Shown here piece by piece: positions 1 to 11,573 of a DNA stretch of 64,000 nucleotides. Numbering within the stretch: position 1 is the first letter of the stretch; the number at the start of each line of letters is the position of its first letter. The translations under genes were made by a program, and so were the position numbers. The DNA comes from Mustelus asterias (Eukaryota), in assembly GCF_964213995.1 (NCBI RefSeq), contig NC_135803.1, positions 26,350,001 through 26,414,000 of the forward strand, read 5' to 3'. The notes beneath the pieces were generated by a model, which saw nothing but the letters and a program-made list of their open reading frames with translations, was not told the origin of the DNA and did no database searches.

Positions 1-580
1 AGACATGCTGATAGTTACAGAGGCCGATGCAGTGAACCTTTGATGGAACATACAGATGAAACATCCCATGTGCCTAGCAATGAGGACACTGGCCACAGAA
101 AGACTACAACACCACCAACTAGTGTAACGACAGTCTCAGGACTTCTGAGCAGGCCAAACACAAGATTCCAGGACTTTATTACCACTGTTTTTTCAATTTC
201 AGTTTTCTTTCCAGCAGAAAAAGGGAGAGAGAAGGAGATGTGATGGCTATGCACCAATTGCTACAATCCGTACCTCAATATATATATGTTACATATATGT
301 AAGTAATATGCGCTCGTTTGATTATATGTCACGCAGTGGTCTATACATGGTTTCCTGTTGCGCCCACTTATACCTCAAGTCACCTGGTGTTCCAACTAAA
401 CAGGAAAGAAGTAGACCGAATGGTCACATGAGAACGTGATGACACGGCTATGAAAAGAAGTCACGAGGGCAGAAAGAGGAGGTTATATCCGGGAGAGCGG
501 ACAGAGCACAAATGTTTAAGCAGTGAAAAAAGCTATCTTGTTAAAAGTCCTCTTGTCAGTGATTCAGGGAACCTACAACA
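1..580 (+). mobile_element. 3' end of a Gypsy-like LTR retrotransposon (pol tail, polypurine tract, 3' LTR ~239-580)
   Basis: Peptide TTVSGLLSRPNTRFQDFI resembles Gypsy pol C-termini. The purine tract aaaaagggagagagaaggaga runs directly into TG at 239, and the segment ends ...ctacaaCA at 580. Confidence 0.55.
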
Positions 581-2646
581 TCTACAACCTTGTCAAACAT
601 CCGTGGGGAAATGGAAAGCAATGAAGCAAAGTTGGTAAAATAAACAAGCGGAAATCCTGTCAGAGAGAAAAGTAATAATTCTTCAAGGTAGGCATTCCTG
701 TAAAAGAAGTGGCAATGGATTAAAGAGTAAAATAAGCAAAATATTGTGGTTACTGGAATCTGAAACGAAAGCAGAGAATACCAGAAACACTCAGGAAATC
801 TGGTAGCATCTGGGGCCCGATAAAGGTTTTGGGAGGAAGGGGAAGGCAGAGGTGCAGGAAATGGATCGAATGCAGTTGCGAGCTCTTTCAACCACGGGGT
901 TGGGGGGAACTTGGTTCAGGAAAAAGGCAGACATGTCAAAAGTGCCATTTTTAACTGTGGTGTCATCATAACACTTGCGACAGAGGTGGAGAAAATGGGA
1001 GAATGGGATGGAGTCCTTACAGGAAGCAGGTTGCAAGGACCTGTAGTCGAGGTAGCTGTGGGAGACGGTGGATTTGTAATTAATGTTGGTGGTCAGTCTA
1101 TCATCAGAAATGAAGACAGGTCAAGGAAGGGAAGGCAATGGAAATATTGGCGATGAACTGTTTGAAGGTGAGGGACGGCTGGAAATTCGAAGCAAAATCG
1201 ATAAATTTTCCCAGGTCCAGATGGAACCACAAAGCAACACCAATACAGTCATTGATGTAATGTAAAAAGAATTGCAGGACTGGGCCTGAGCAGGACTGGA
1301 ACAAGGAATGTTCCACAAAATCCACAAAAAGGCAGGCATAACTGTGGCCCATATGGCTACACATAGCCATACCATTTATTTGCAGGAAGTGAGCCAAGTT
1401 AAAGTGGAATTAGTGGCAGAAGAGGTTCAGCCAGGCAGATGAGAGTGTTGGTGGACTGGGATTTTTAGACCTCTCCTCAAGCAAGAAGTGTGGAGCCCTC
1501 AGACCCTCCTGTCGGGGGATATAGATGCAGACGGATTAGACATCCATGATGAAAAGGAGGCGGTTAGCACCAGGGAATTGGAGATTGTTTCTGTGACATA
1601 GACCATCAGAGGAATCTCGAATGTGAGTGGGAAGAGATTGAAAAAAGGAAGGGGATGGAGTCAAGATGGCAAGAATTAGTTCTGTGGGCAGGAGCAGGCT
1701 GATACAATGGGTTTGCCAGGGCAGTTCTATTTGTGGATTTTGGGAAGGAGATAGAAGCATGCTGTGCGGGGTTTGGGGATTATGATGTTGGAGATTATGG
1801 AGGGAAGATCCTCAGAGGCGATGAGGTCAGTGACAGTCCTGGAGACAATGGTTTATGTTTAACGGTGATGTCACGGTCCAGGGCAATTTAGGAGAACGTG
1901 TCTGAGAGTTGGTGCTCAGCCTCAGAGGTCAGTACAGCAGATATCAGTGCCACCGCCAATGTCAGCAGTTTGATCACAAGGTCAGGGTTAGGACCTAAGA
2001 GAACGGAGTGTAGCAAGTTCAGAGGAAAACACGTTGGAGTGGTGAGAGGGGCAGAGAGATTGAGAGGGCTGATGTTGTGCCAACAGTTCTCAATAAAAGA
2101 TAAAGAGTAGATTGGAGGCCAGAGGGTGAGGTCCAGGTAGAGGGAGAATACTGCAAGTGGGTGAGGAGATCCATTGAATGCGGGGAAGACTCCTGCCCAA
2201 AGTAGTGAGCATGGATATGGAGGCAATGGAAGAAGAATTCAGAATTGTGCTGAGCCCGAAATTGATTGAGGTGAGGGCGTCTGGAGATGAAACTGAGGCC
2301 TTTGCTGAGTACAGAATGTTCAGCATCGAAAAGGGGCTGATTGGAGTGTATGGTAAATAAACGAGATGAAAAGAAGGAATGGTGTCAGAGTGTAGAGAAG
2401 GTGTGAAGGATCCCAGAAAGGCTTTGCTACCTGGAAGTTGTTGGAGCTTGTGTTCCTTAGTACCTGAAAGGAAGAGAAAAAATCTTCTTGTTAAGGCATC
2501 GGATGTGATGAAGAATAAAATGGAACAGGGGACAAGGACAGCATTGAGAGAGGTTGAGTGTGTACGTATGGAGACACTTGGCACTGAATGTGGATCTCAG
2601 AATGGGATGAGAACAACAATCCGAGGAATGTTGTATATCCCAGGGC

Positions 2647-2993
2647 TCATAGAATCATAGAAATCCTACAGTGCAGAAAGAGGTCATTTGGCCCATCGAG
2701 TCTGCACCGACCACAATCCCACCCAGGCCCTATCCCCATATTACTACATATTTACCCGCTAATCCCTCTAACCTACTCATCTCAGGACACTAAGGGGAAA
2801 TTTTAGCATAGCCAATCGACCTAACCCGCACATCTTTGGACTGTGGGAGGAAACTGGAGCACCCGGAGGAAACCCACGCAGACATGAGGAGAATGTGCAA
2901 ACTCCACACAGACAGTGACCCAAGCCGGGAACCGAACTCAAGTCCCTGGAGCTGTGAAGCAGCAGTGCTAACCACTGTGTTACCGTGCTGCCC
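2647..2993 (-). mobile_element. tRNA-derived SINE (HE1-like shark SINE) with CR1-type tail, inserted in the Penelope element
   Basis: Reverse complement of the head GGCAGCACGGTAACACAGTGGTTAGCACTGCTGC and of the (TTCTATGA)n tail; high similarity to the other copies in the window. Confidence 0.85.
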
Positions 2994-4021
2994 CAGTATC
3001 TGTAATACTGGGTGGATTCAAGACATGAGGGAAAGAACTTCAATTGGGAACCACATGAGGCGAGTTAGAGACAGAGACAGTCGGTGTGGAAGGAAATGTG
3101 GCTGAGAAAGCGAGTTTTGGTAAACACCAAGAGGGAAATGAAAAGCAATGAAGATGAACGTAGTAAAAGAGACACAGGGAAGTCTCATCGGAGAGAAAAG
3201 CAGTCTTTCTTTACAGTAGGCATTCCTGGAAGAGAAATGGTGGTGAATTAAACACTAAAACAAGCAAAATACTGTGGATGCTGGAATCTGAATCAAAAGC
3301 GGATAATACTGGAAAATGTCAGCAAGTCTGGCAGAATCTGCAGGAAGAGAAAACTGAGTTAATGTTTCGAAGGAGGGTTTTTGCATTGAGGCAAGAAATG
3401 TATGGGATATAAAACTAAGGGTTTAAGATGGAGGAGAAAGGTCACAGTGTAAAGTTGTTGAACTTAATGTTGAGTTCTGAGGGTTGTAATGTGCTTTATC
3501 AGAAGTTGAGATGTTGCTCATTAAGTTTGCGTTTTGTTTCAGTGGAATTTTGCAGCAGGACAAGGATGGACATGTGGGCATTAGAGAAAAGTGCTGAGTT
3601 ATTGTGGAAAACAACAGGAAGGTTCAGGTCCTCCTACAGGCTGAGTTTAGGTGTTCTGCAAATTGGTCACCCAGTTTGCATTTTGCCTTTCCATTGTAGA
3701 GGAGACCACATTGGAAGCAGCGTGTAGGAGGTGCAAGTGAAACACTGCTAAACCTGATAGGAGTGTTTTGGCCTTAAAAGATGTGGAGGGCGGAGGTAAA
3801 GGGGCAGGTGTTGCACCTTCTGCAACTGCAAGGGAAGATGCCATGGGAAGGGAATGAGAATTTTGGCTTGATAGAAGAGTGGACCATGGTGTCAGGGAGG
3901 GAGTGGTCCCTGAGGAATGCTAAAAGTGGTGTTGAGACAAGAATGTGCTCTGGGTGGCATCATGTTGGAGTTGGTGAAAATGGCAGAGAATGATTTTTTG
4001 AATGTGGAGGCTGGTGAGATG

Positions 4022-4091
4022 GAATTTGAGGACAAGGGGGACCACATCCTAGTTCTGAATTTGAGGACAAGGGGGACCACATCCTGGTTCT
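4022..4091. repeat. 35-bp tandem duplication
   Basis: gaatttgaggacaagggggaccacatcct(a/g)gttct occurs twice in tandem with one mismatch. Confidence 0.9.
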
Positions 4092-5099
4092 GGAAGGAGA
4101 TGAGGGCAGAAATGAGGGAAATAGTTAAATCTGATTGAGTGTCCTATCAACCACATTGGGAAAACCTCAGTTATGCAAAAAAGCAGACATGTCAGTAGTG
4201 CCATTTGCGATGGTGACATAATCATAACATGTGATGTAGTTGAAGAAAATAGGAGAATGTGATTAAGTCCTTCCAGGAAGCATGGTGTAAAGACCTGTAG
4301 TCGAGGTAGCTTGGGAGTAGGTGAGTTTGTAATAAATATTGCTGGTCGATCTATTACCGGAAATGGAGACAAAGATGTCAAGGAAGGGAAGGCAAGGCAA
4401 CTGTTGGTTATGAACCATGTGAAGCTGAGAGGGATGGAAATTGGAAGCAAAATCGATACATTTTCCTAGTGTCAGCACCCTTAGGAGGTCAAAGGGGTTC
4501 CATGACTGGAAAGGTTTGGGCAATCTTGGCCTAAGACGTGAGTATTTCCAAATCTTCCTTGCTGACACTGTTTAACTGATATGAATCCTGCGAAGTGGAC
4601 GCACAACTGTGTTGAAGATTGGCAATTAGCCTTTTGCAACTTCCTGAGGTACAGTCAAATTAATATACTTTTATTGATCTTATCACAGACCAATAAAATA
4701 CCTCTAATCTGCAAAGGCTGTGCAAGTTGACACATTTTATGACACAAGAACAATATTTACCACCTGGATTAGCATGACATTCAGCGAGAAGAGGGATGTT
4801 TATTATGGTCATTTGGATCATTTTTTATTCAAGCATTTAACTAACTGGCTATGGCTCACATAGGTGGACAAACATTTTTACACTTCCTATCCCCCGAGAT
4901 CTTGGAAAAATACATGGAATTTGGAATCAACAGGACCTAGCCCAATGTACAGCAACAACTTGTATTTAAATAATGTTTTTAACAGTGTCACAAAGTGAAA
5001 TAAGTACCAAGCCAATGGAGGAGACATTGGTACAAGTGAGCAAAGGTTTGGTGAAAGACATACGTTTAAAAAAACAACTTAGAGGAAGAACGAGAGGAT

Positions 5100-5449
5100 G
5101 GCACGTGGGCGGCACAGTGGTTAGCACTGCTGCTTCACAGCTCCAAGAACCTGGGTTCGATTCCCAGCTTGGGTCACTGCCTGTGTGGAGTTTGCACATT
5201 CTCCTCATGTCTGCGTGGGTTTCCTGCGGGTGCTCCAGTTTCCTCCCACAGTCCAAAGATGTGCGGGTTAGGTTGGTTGGCCATGCTACAAATTGCCCCT
5301 TAGTGACCTGAGATGTGTAGGTTAGAGGGATTAGCGGGTAAAATATGTAGGGATATGGGAGTAGGGCCTGGGTGGGATTGTGGTCGGTGCAGACTCGATG
5401 GGCCAAATGGCCTCTTTCTGCATTGTAGGGTTTCTATGATATCTATGAT
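5100..5449 (+). mobile_element. tRNA-derived SINE (HE1-like), CR1-type tail
   Basis: A-box-like GGCACAGTGG, B-box-like GGTTCGATTCC, tail TTCTATGATATCTATGA. Confidence 0.88.
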
Positions 5450-7188
5450 TAAGGAGGGAATTGTAGAGTTTATGGCTTAGATGGCAGAAAGCTTGACCAC
5501 CTATTGTTGGATGAAAGAAATGAATGATACCAAAAAGATCAGAGTTAGAAGAACAGAATTCTCAGAAGGTTGTCAGGCTGAAAGAGATTACAGATTTAGA
5601 CATGGGAGTGGCCGTGGAGGCATTTGAACACTAGGGTGAGATTTTTGAATTGAGGCATTGGTAACTGAGGGAGGAAATGGGGAGTCCTTGACTTCAGTCA
5701 GACCATTGAGGTTGGCCTATTGGAGTATGAACTCCCTGATTAAGCATCCCGTTGATGGGCCAGTCAGCGAATCTTTTCCTTGTACTTAACCAGGAGTGTC
5801 AGTTCCTCTGACACCCCCGGAAGTAGACTGCTAACTGCTAGCACTCTATTTACAAACTCTAACAGCAGTACACAAAGGGATTTTAATGAAGGGACTTCTG
5901 CCTCCAAAGAGTTATTACACCTTGTGATGCAGAATCTTTCAGACCAGAAGCTCAGCTCAGGGCCAAATAGGATGCCAGTGATGATAACAATCTGGTTCAG
6001 CCTGACACAGCAGCAAAAGAGGCATTGGAACTTGTGGCTAGGAAAAGCGGTTTGTGATGAGAGCTGGACAATGGCTTCCATCTTCCCAATGTTTAACCGG
6101 AGGACATTTCAACTCATGCAGCACTGGATGTTGGTCAAGAAGGCAAAAACATTTTGTGTGACCACTAATGCGAAAGGGGAAGTAAAGGACAATGAGAAGC
6201 CCAGTGTTAGGGAAACAAAATCCATGCATGGGGATGCAAAAATATAAAAGCCACCATAAAACCCTTCACATCACACAGTGTTTAAAGTATCCAGCCCAAC
6301 TGACCAGTTCCTGGGTTGGCAACCTGTGGGTCATGAGCTATATGCGGCTTATTAAAGACTCACATGTGGTTGTTGACCTTGATTGATCAAACGCACTTTT
6401 TCTCATGATCAATGTTTTAAAAATAGATAACAAAATGTGTTTCTAATTAAAAAGAATATCAGATATCTATATATTTCCTTGGCAATTATTATTTTTAACA
6501 GAACAGCTAGAACTTGTGAAAGTTTTAATCACAAAAATAAAATTCTCCTGAAAACTTGCTTGGATCAAAAGTCATAAAAAGGTACATTGTTTTGCCAGCC
6601 AAAATGACATCACATATTATGGTGTTTATGGCTTCTGTATTGTCAGCTACCCGATCATTTAAATCGCTCACAGACATTGATGGTAACTAAAAGGCTTGTT
6701 TTTGTTTTTTTAAACTTTTATCAACACTGAAATTGAGAGAAAGTATCATTCAATTAACAATATTTTTGTAAAAATCTTTAAAATGGTGTTGATAATCAAA
6801 TGTCCACTTACATTTATATTAATATTTGGATAATTTGGATTAATTTGAATTGTTTATTTATTTAATTAGTCAGCTAGTGTGTGTATTTTTTTGGCCTTTA
6901 CTTTAACAGCAGTTTTTCAATTTTAAAGTGTAAACTAGAAGTGGGCAGCAAAGGAGTCTGGGAAGGGTTTTTATTTTAACTTTAAAAGTCAGTTACCTGG
7001 GAGGTTCCCCCTCAGTAGTAGTTTTTTTTTTCTCTCGGGCCCCTCGCCCTATAAATTGGTGCAGAGGAGATACCCGATCCTCTACACTGGTAGAGGATCC
7101 CACCCTTCCATCCTCCTCTAACCTAATTATAAGTGTGGGGAAGTTTTTTGTTTTTTTTGTTTTCTTTTTTTCTTTTTTCTTGCTGGTA

Positions 7189-8118
7189 ATGGCTTCAGGG
7201 ATGGCAGTTCAGGCAGTATGCTGCATCTCCTGTGGGATGTATGTGGTGAGGAAATCCAGTAGTGTTTCAGGAGATTTTAGTTGTAAGAAGTGCATTAGAT
7301 TGCAGCTTCTGGAGGAGCGTGTAAAGGAGCTGGAGGGGGAGGTAGAGGAACTCCGCATAATTCGGGAGGCGGAGGTGGAAGTTGATAGGAGTTATAGAGA
7401 AATAGTAACTCCTAGAAATGAGGCTTGGGTCAATGCCAGGAGGAGGGGTAAGAAGCAATCGGGAAGACAATCCCCTGGGGCGGTTCCCCTCCATAATAGG
7501 TTTTCGGTGCTGGAGGCTACAGTTGAGGAGGAATCAACTGAGCATAGAGAGCAGATCTCTGGGGGTGAGCTGAGTGAGAAAGCTCAGGTGGTTAGGGGCT
7601 GTAAAAGACTGGGCCTTGTGATTGGGGACTCCACAATTAAGGGGACAGATAGGAGGGTCGGAACTAAAGGTAGGGACTCAGGGTTGGTGTGTTGCCTACC
7701 AGGGGCTGGGGTCCGGGATGTGTCTGACAGGGTATTCAGGACTCTTAGGGGGGAGGGAGATAAACCACAAGTTATTGTACATGTGGGGACACACGACATA
7801 GGGAGGATAGGGGAAGGGGATATTAGGCAGGGATTTATGGAGTTGGGGTGGAAACTAAAGGCCAAGACTGACAGAGTGGTTATCTCTGGACTCTTGCCTG
7901 TACCACGGGATAGTTTAGAGAGGAATAGGGAGAGGGAAGGTTTGAATTCATGGCTGAGGGGATGGTGCAGGAGGGAGGGGTTCAGGTACTTAAGCAATTG
8001 GGGCTCGTACTGGGGAAGGTGTGACCTCTATGAGAAGGATGGTCTACACCTTAATCAGAAGGGGACCAATATCCTGGGGGGTAAATTTGCTAAGGCCATG
8101 CAGGGAGGTTTAAACTGA
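7189..8118 (+). CDS. CR1 LINE ORF1p: Zn-finger/coiled-coil plus SGNH esterase domain (309 aa from ATG 7189)
   Basis: CISC..CKKC zinc motif, heptad repeat LQLLEERVKELEGEVEEL, and SGNH blocks VIGDS, HVGTHD, DGLHLN. Confidence 0.9.
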   Translation: MASGMAVQAVCCISCGMYVVRKSSSVSGDFSCKKCIRLQLLEERVKELEGEVEELRIIREAEVEVDRSYREIVTPRNEAWVNARRRGKKQSGRQSPGAVPLHNRFSVLEATVEEESTEHREQISGGELSEKAQVVRGCKRLGLVIGDSTIKGTDRRVGTKGRDSGLVCCLPGAGVRDVSDRVFRTLRGEGDKPQVIVHVGTHDIGRIGEGDIRQGFMELGWKLKAKTDRVVISGLLPVPRDSLERNREREGLNSWLRGWCRREGFRYLSNWGSYWGRCDLYEKDGLHLNQKGTNILGGKFAKAMQGGLN

Positions 8119-8168
8119 TTCGGGGGGGGGGAGGGATCCTGAGTAGTGGGGCTGAAAGTGAGGGATGC

Positions 8169-10988
8169 ATGGATGGGGACTGCAATGCACGGCATTGCAG
8201 AGGTGGGGTGGAGCAGGGTTTGAAATGTGTATACTTCAATGCCAGGAGTATTCGCAATAAAGTGGGTGAACTTGCAGCGTGGATCAGTACCTGGGACTTC
8301 GATGTTGTGGCTATTTCAGAGACATGGATAGAGCAGGGGCAGGAATGGATGCTGCAGGTCCCGGGGTTCAAATGTTTTAGTCGAAGTAGGGAAGGAGGTA
8401 GAAGAGGGGGAGGGGTAGCATTATTGGTCAGAGATTGTATCACAGTGTCAGAGAGGAGGTTTGATGAGGACTTATCTGTTGAGGTAGTATGGGCGGAGAT
8501 TAGAAATAGGAGAGGAGAGGTCACCCTGTTGGGAGTCTTTTATAGACCTCCTAAAAGTTCTAGAGAGGTTGAGGAAAGGATTGCGGAGTCAATCCTGCTT
8601 AGGAGTGAAAGTAATAGGGCAATTGTTATGGGGGATTTTAACTTGACTAATATTGACTGGAATTGTTATAGCTCTAGCTCGTTAGAGGGGTCAGTTTTTG
8701 TTCAAAGCGTGCAGGAAGGTTTTTTGACTCAGTATGTAGACAGGCCAACTAGAGGTGAGGCTATATTGGATCTGGTGCTGGGAAATGAGCCAGACCAGGT
8801 GCTAGACTTGGAAGTTGGTGTGCATTTTGGTGATAGTGACCACAATTCGGTTACGTTCACCTTAGTGATGGAAAGGGATAGGCTTGAACCTCGGGCCAGT
8901 GGTTTTAGTTGGGGGAAGGGTAATTATGAGGCTATTAGGAGAGAATTAGGAAACATAGGTTGGACTAGGAGATTACAGGGACTGGGAACGTCCGACATGT
9001 GGAGTTTTTTCAAGGAGCAGCTACTGCGAGTCTGTGATAGGTATGTCCCTGTCAGGCAAGGAGGAATTGGTAGGGCTAGGGAACCGTGGTGCACCAAAAA
9101 AGTTTCTTTGTTGGTTAAAAAGAAAAAGGAGGCTTATGTTCGGATGAGACGTGAGCACTCGGGTAGTGCACTAGAAAGCTTTAGATTGGCTAAGAGGGAG
9201 TTGAAGAGCGAGCTTAGAAGGGCTAAAAGGGGACATGAGAAGACTTTGGCGGATAGGGTTAAAGAGAATCCTAAGGCGTTCTATAGGTATGTCAAGAACA
9301 GAAGGTTGGTTAGGGCAAGTTTAGGGCCAGTTATAGATGGCAGAGGGAAGTTATGTGTGGAACCGGAGGAGATTGGTGAAGCATTGAACCAATATTTCTC
9401 TTCGGTGTTCACGCAAGGGGACATGAATATAGCTGAGGAGGACACTGGGTTGCAAGGGAGTAGAATAGACAGTATTACAGTTGATAAGGAGGATGTGCAG
9501 GATATTCTGGAGGGTCTGAAAATAGATAAATCCCCTGGTCCGGATGGGATTTATCCAAGGATTCTCTGGGAGGCAAGAGAAGTGATTGCAGAGCCTCTGG
9601 CTCTGATCTTCAGGTCGTCGTTGGCCTCTGGTATAGTACCAGAAGATTGGAGGTTAGCGAATGTTGTCCCATTGTTTAAGAAGGGGAACAGAGACTTCCC
9701 CGGGAATTATAGACCGGTGAGTCTCACTTCTGTTGTCGGCAAGATGTTGGAAAAAATTATAAGGGATAGGATTTATAGTTATTTGGAGAGTAATGAATTG
9801 ATAGGTGATAGTCAGCATGGTTTTGTGGCAGGTAGGTCGTGCCTTACTAACCTTATTGAGTTTTTTGAGAAAGTGACCAAGGAGGTGGATGGGGGCAAGG
9901 CAGTGGACGTGGTATATATGGATTTTAGTAAGGCGTTTGATAAGGTTCACCATGGTAGGCTTCTGCAGAAAATGCAGATGTATGGGATTGGGGGTGATCT
10001 AGGAAATTGGATCAGGAATTGGCTAGCGGATAGGAAACAGAGGGTGGTGGTTGATAGTAAATATTCATCATGGAGTGCGGTTACAAGTGGTGTACCTCAG
10101 GGATCTGTTTTGGGGCCACTGCTGTTTGTAATATTTATTAATGATCTGGATGAGGGTATAGTTGGGTGGATTAGCAAATTTGCTGATGACACCAAAGTCG
10201 GTGGTGTGGTAGACAGTGAGGAAGGGTGTCGTAGTTTGCAGGAAGACTTAGACAGGTTGCAAAGTTGGGCCGAGAGGTGGCGGATGGAGTTTAATGCGGA
10301 GAAGTGTGAGGTAATTCACTTTGGTAGGAATAACAGATGTGTTGAGTATAGGGCTAACGGGAGGACTTTGAATAGTGTGGAGGAGCAGAGGGATCTAGGT
10401 GTATGTGTGCATAGATCCCTGAAAGTTGGGAATCAAGTAGATAAGGTTGTTAAGAAGGCATATGGTGTCTTGGCGTTTATTGGTAGGGGGATTGAATTTA
10501 GGAGTCGTAGCGTTATGTTGCAACTGTACACAACTCTGGTGCGGCCGCACTTGGAGTACTGTGTGCAGTTCTGGTCCCCACATTACAGGAAGGATGTGGA
10601 GGCTTTGGAGAGGGTGCAGAGGAGGTTTACCAGGATGTTGCCTGGTATGGAGGGGAGATCCTATGAGGAGAGGCTGAGGGATTTGGGATTGTTTTCGCTG
10701 GAAAGGCGGCGGCTAAGAGGGGATCTTATTGAAACATATAAGATGATTAGAGGTTTAGATAGGGTGGATAGTGATAGCCTTTTTCCTCTGATGGAGAAAT
10801 CCAGCACGAGGGGGCATGGCTTTAAATTGAGGGGGGGTAGTTATAGAACCGATGTCAGGGGTAGGTTCTTTACCCAGAGGGTGGTGAGGGATTGGAATGC
10901 CCTGCCAGCATCAGTAGTAAATGCGCCTAGTTTGGGGGCGTTTAAGAGATCCGTAGATAGGTTCATGGACGAAAAGAAATTGGTTTAG
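8169..10988 (+). CDS. CR1 LINE ORF2p: APE endonuclease plus reverse transcriptase (939 aa from ATG 8169; the frame is open from 8094)
   Basis: Endonuclease motifs YFNARS, ISETW, MGDFN, SDH; RT motifs [29 protein letters not shown]. Confidence 0.95.
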   Translation: MDGDCNARHCRGGVEQGLKCVYFNARSIRNKVGELAAWISTWDFDVVAISETWIEQGQEWMLQVPGFKCFSRSREGGRRGGGVALLVRDCITVSERRFDEDLSVEVVWAEIRNRRGEVTLLGVFYRPPKSSREVEERIAESILLRSESNRAIVMGDFNLTNIDWNCYSSSSLEGSVFVQSVQEGFLTQYVDRPTRGEAILDLVLGNEPDQVLDLEVGVHFGDSDHNSVTFTLVMERDRLEPRASGFSWGKGNYEAIRRELGNIGWTRRLQGLGTSDMWSFFKEQLLRVCDRYVPVRQGGIGRAREPWCTKKVSLLVKKKKEAYVRMRREHSGSALESFRLAKRELKSELRRAKRGHEKTLADRVKENPKAFYRYVKNRRLVRASLGPVIDGRGKLCVEPEEIGEALNQYFSSVFTQGDMNIAEEDTGLQGSRIDSITVDKEDVQDILEGLKIDKSPGPDGIYPRILWEAREVIAEPLALIFRSSLASGIVPEDWRLANVVPLFKKGNRDFPGNYRPVSLTSVVGKMLEKIIRDRIYSYLESNELIGDSQHGFVAGRSCLTNLIEFFEKVTKEVDGGKAVDVVYMDFSKAFDKVHHGRLLQKMQMYGIGGDLGNWIRNWLADRKQRVVVDSKYSSWSAVTSGVPQGSVLGPLLFVIFINDLDEGIVGWISKFADDTKVGGVVDSEEGCRSLQEDLDRLQSWAERWRMEFNAEKCEVIHFGRNNRCVEYRANGRTLNSVEEQRDLGVCVHRSLKVGNQVDKVVKKAYGVLAFIGRGIEFRSRSVMLQLYTTLVRPHLEYCVQFWSPHYRKDVEALERVQRRFTRMLPGMEGRSYEERLRDLGLFSLERRRLRGDLIETYKMIRGLDRVDSDSLFPLMEKSSTRGHGFKLRGGSYRTDVRGRFFTQRVVRDWNALPASVVNAPSLGAFKRSVDRFMDEKKLV

Positions 10989-11573
10989 GTTGGAGGGTCA
11001 CAGTTTTTTTTTTTAACTGGTCGGTGCAACATCGTGGGCCGAAGGGCCTGTTCTGCGCTGTAATGTTCTATGTTCTATGTTCTAATACAAATCCATCAGT
11101 GTTCTTTTGTAACCAGTAATGTGCTCTTCACATTTAACCATACTTTTATTTTTGTGTCACTTGCAAATTTTAATATCCTCAAGCCCATTTATATATATAT
11201 TGAGAAGAACAGTGGTACCCAACACTATTTGCTGCGATAATGTTTCTAAATGTGCGAAGATATCTAAGATTTTATTTTATGAACTGCTGGTTAACACTGA
11301 GGACATATAGTGATTATATTAACTGTTTTATTTTGCATTGTTTCAAATTGTTAATACTTCAAGGGACATAATCACAAATCACTATTACAGTTAGGACTAA
11401 CAGGTAGAATCTATCTAGATATGTGAATATAATGATTGCCCCAGATTTTATAGCATGTATCAAATTTCTTTGCTATGAAATATTCTAATTAATTTTTCAT
11501 ATTTTCTTTTGCTACACATTTATTCTACTTGCATCAAAAGGACTACTGCTGTTCTAGTGGGTGTTTGCCAAAG

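Larger units (their letters stand above)
650..4470 (-). mobile_element. Decayed Penelope-like retroelement (RT + GIY-YIG endonuclease) in partial-tandem arrangement
   Basis: Minus-strand fragments HFLQINGMAMCSHMGHSYACLFV..HYINDCIG..FIDFASNF and SCKDSIPFSHFLHL (PLE RT and thumb), and a Cys-rich linker plus GIY-YIG-like remnant at ~3430-3850. Segments ~660-810 vs ~3190-3340 and ~870-1220 vs ~4150-4470 are duplicated. Confidence 0.8.
6860..11084 (+). mobile_element. Apparently full-length, intact CR1-clade LINE (5' boundary uncertain)
   Basis: Two uninterrupted ORFs, a 3' hairpin GGGCC-GAAG-GGCCT (11036-11049) and a terminal (ATGTTCT)x3 microsatellite at 11063-11083. Confidence 0.93.

Noticed and set aside
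5100-5180. tRNA-like A/B boxes
   Set aside because: SINE head, with no complete cloverleaf; not a tRNA gene.
5764-6247. Overlapping 155-aa (+) and 105-aa (-) ORFs
   Set aside because: No recognisable domain or convincing splice sites, and they lie among decayed repeats. Left uncalled.
6780-6900. Target-site duplication for the intact CR1
   Set aside because: No match found to the sequence after the tail (atacaaatcc), so the 5' boundary remains uncertain.
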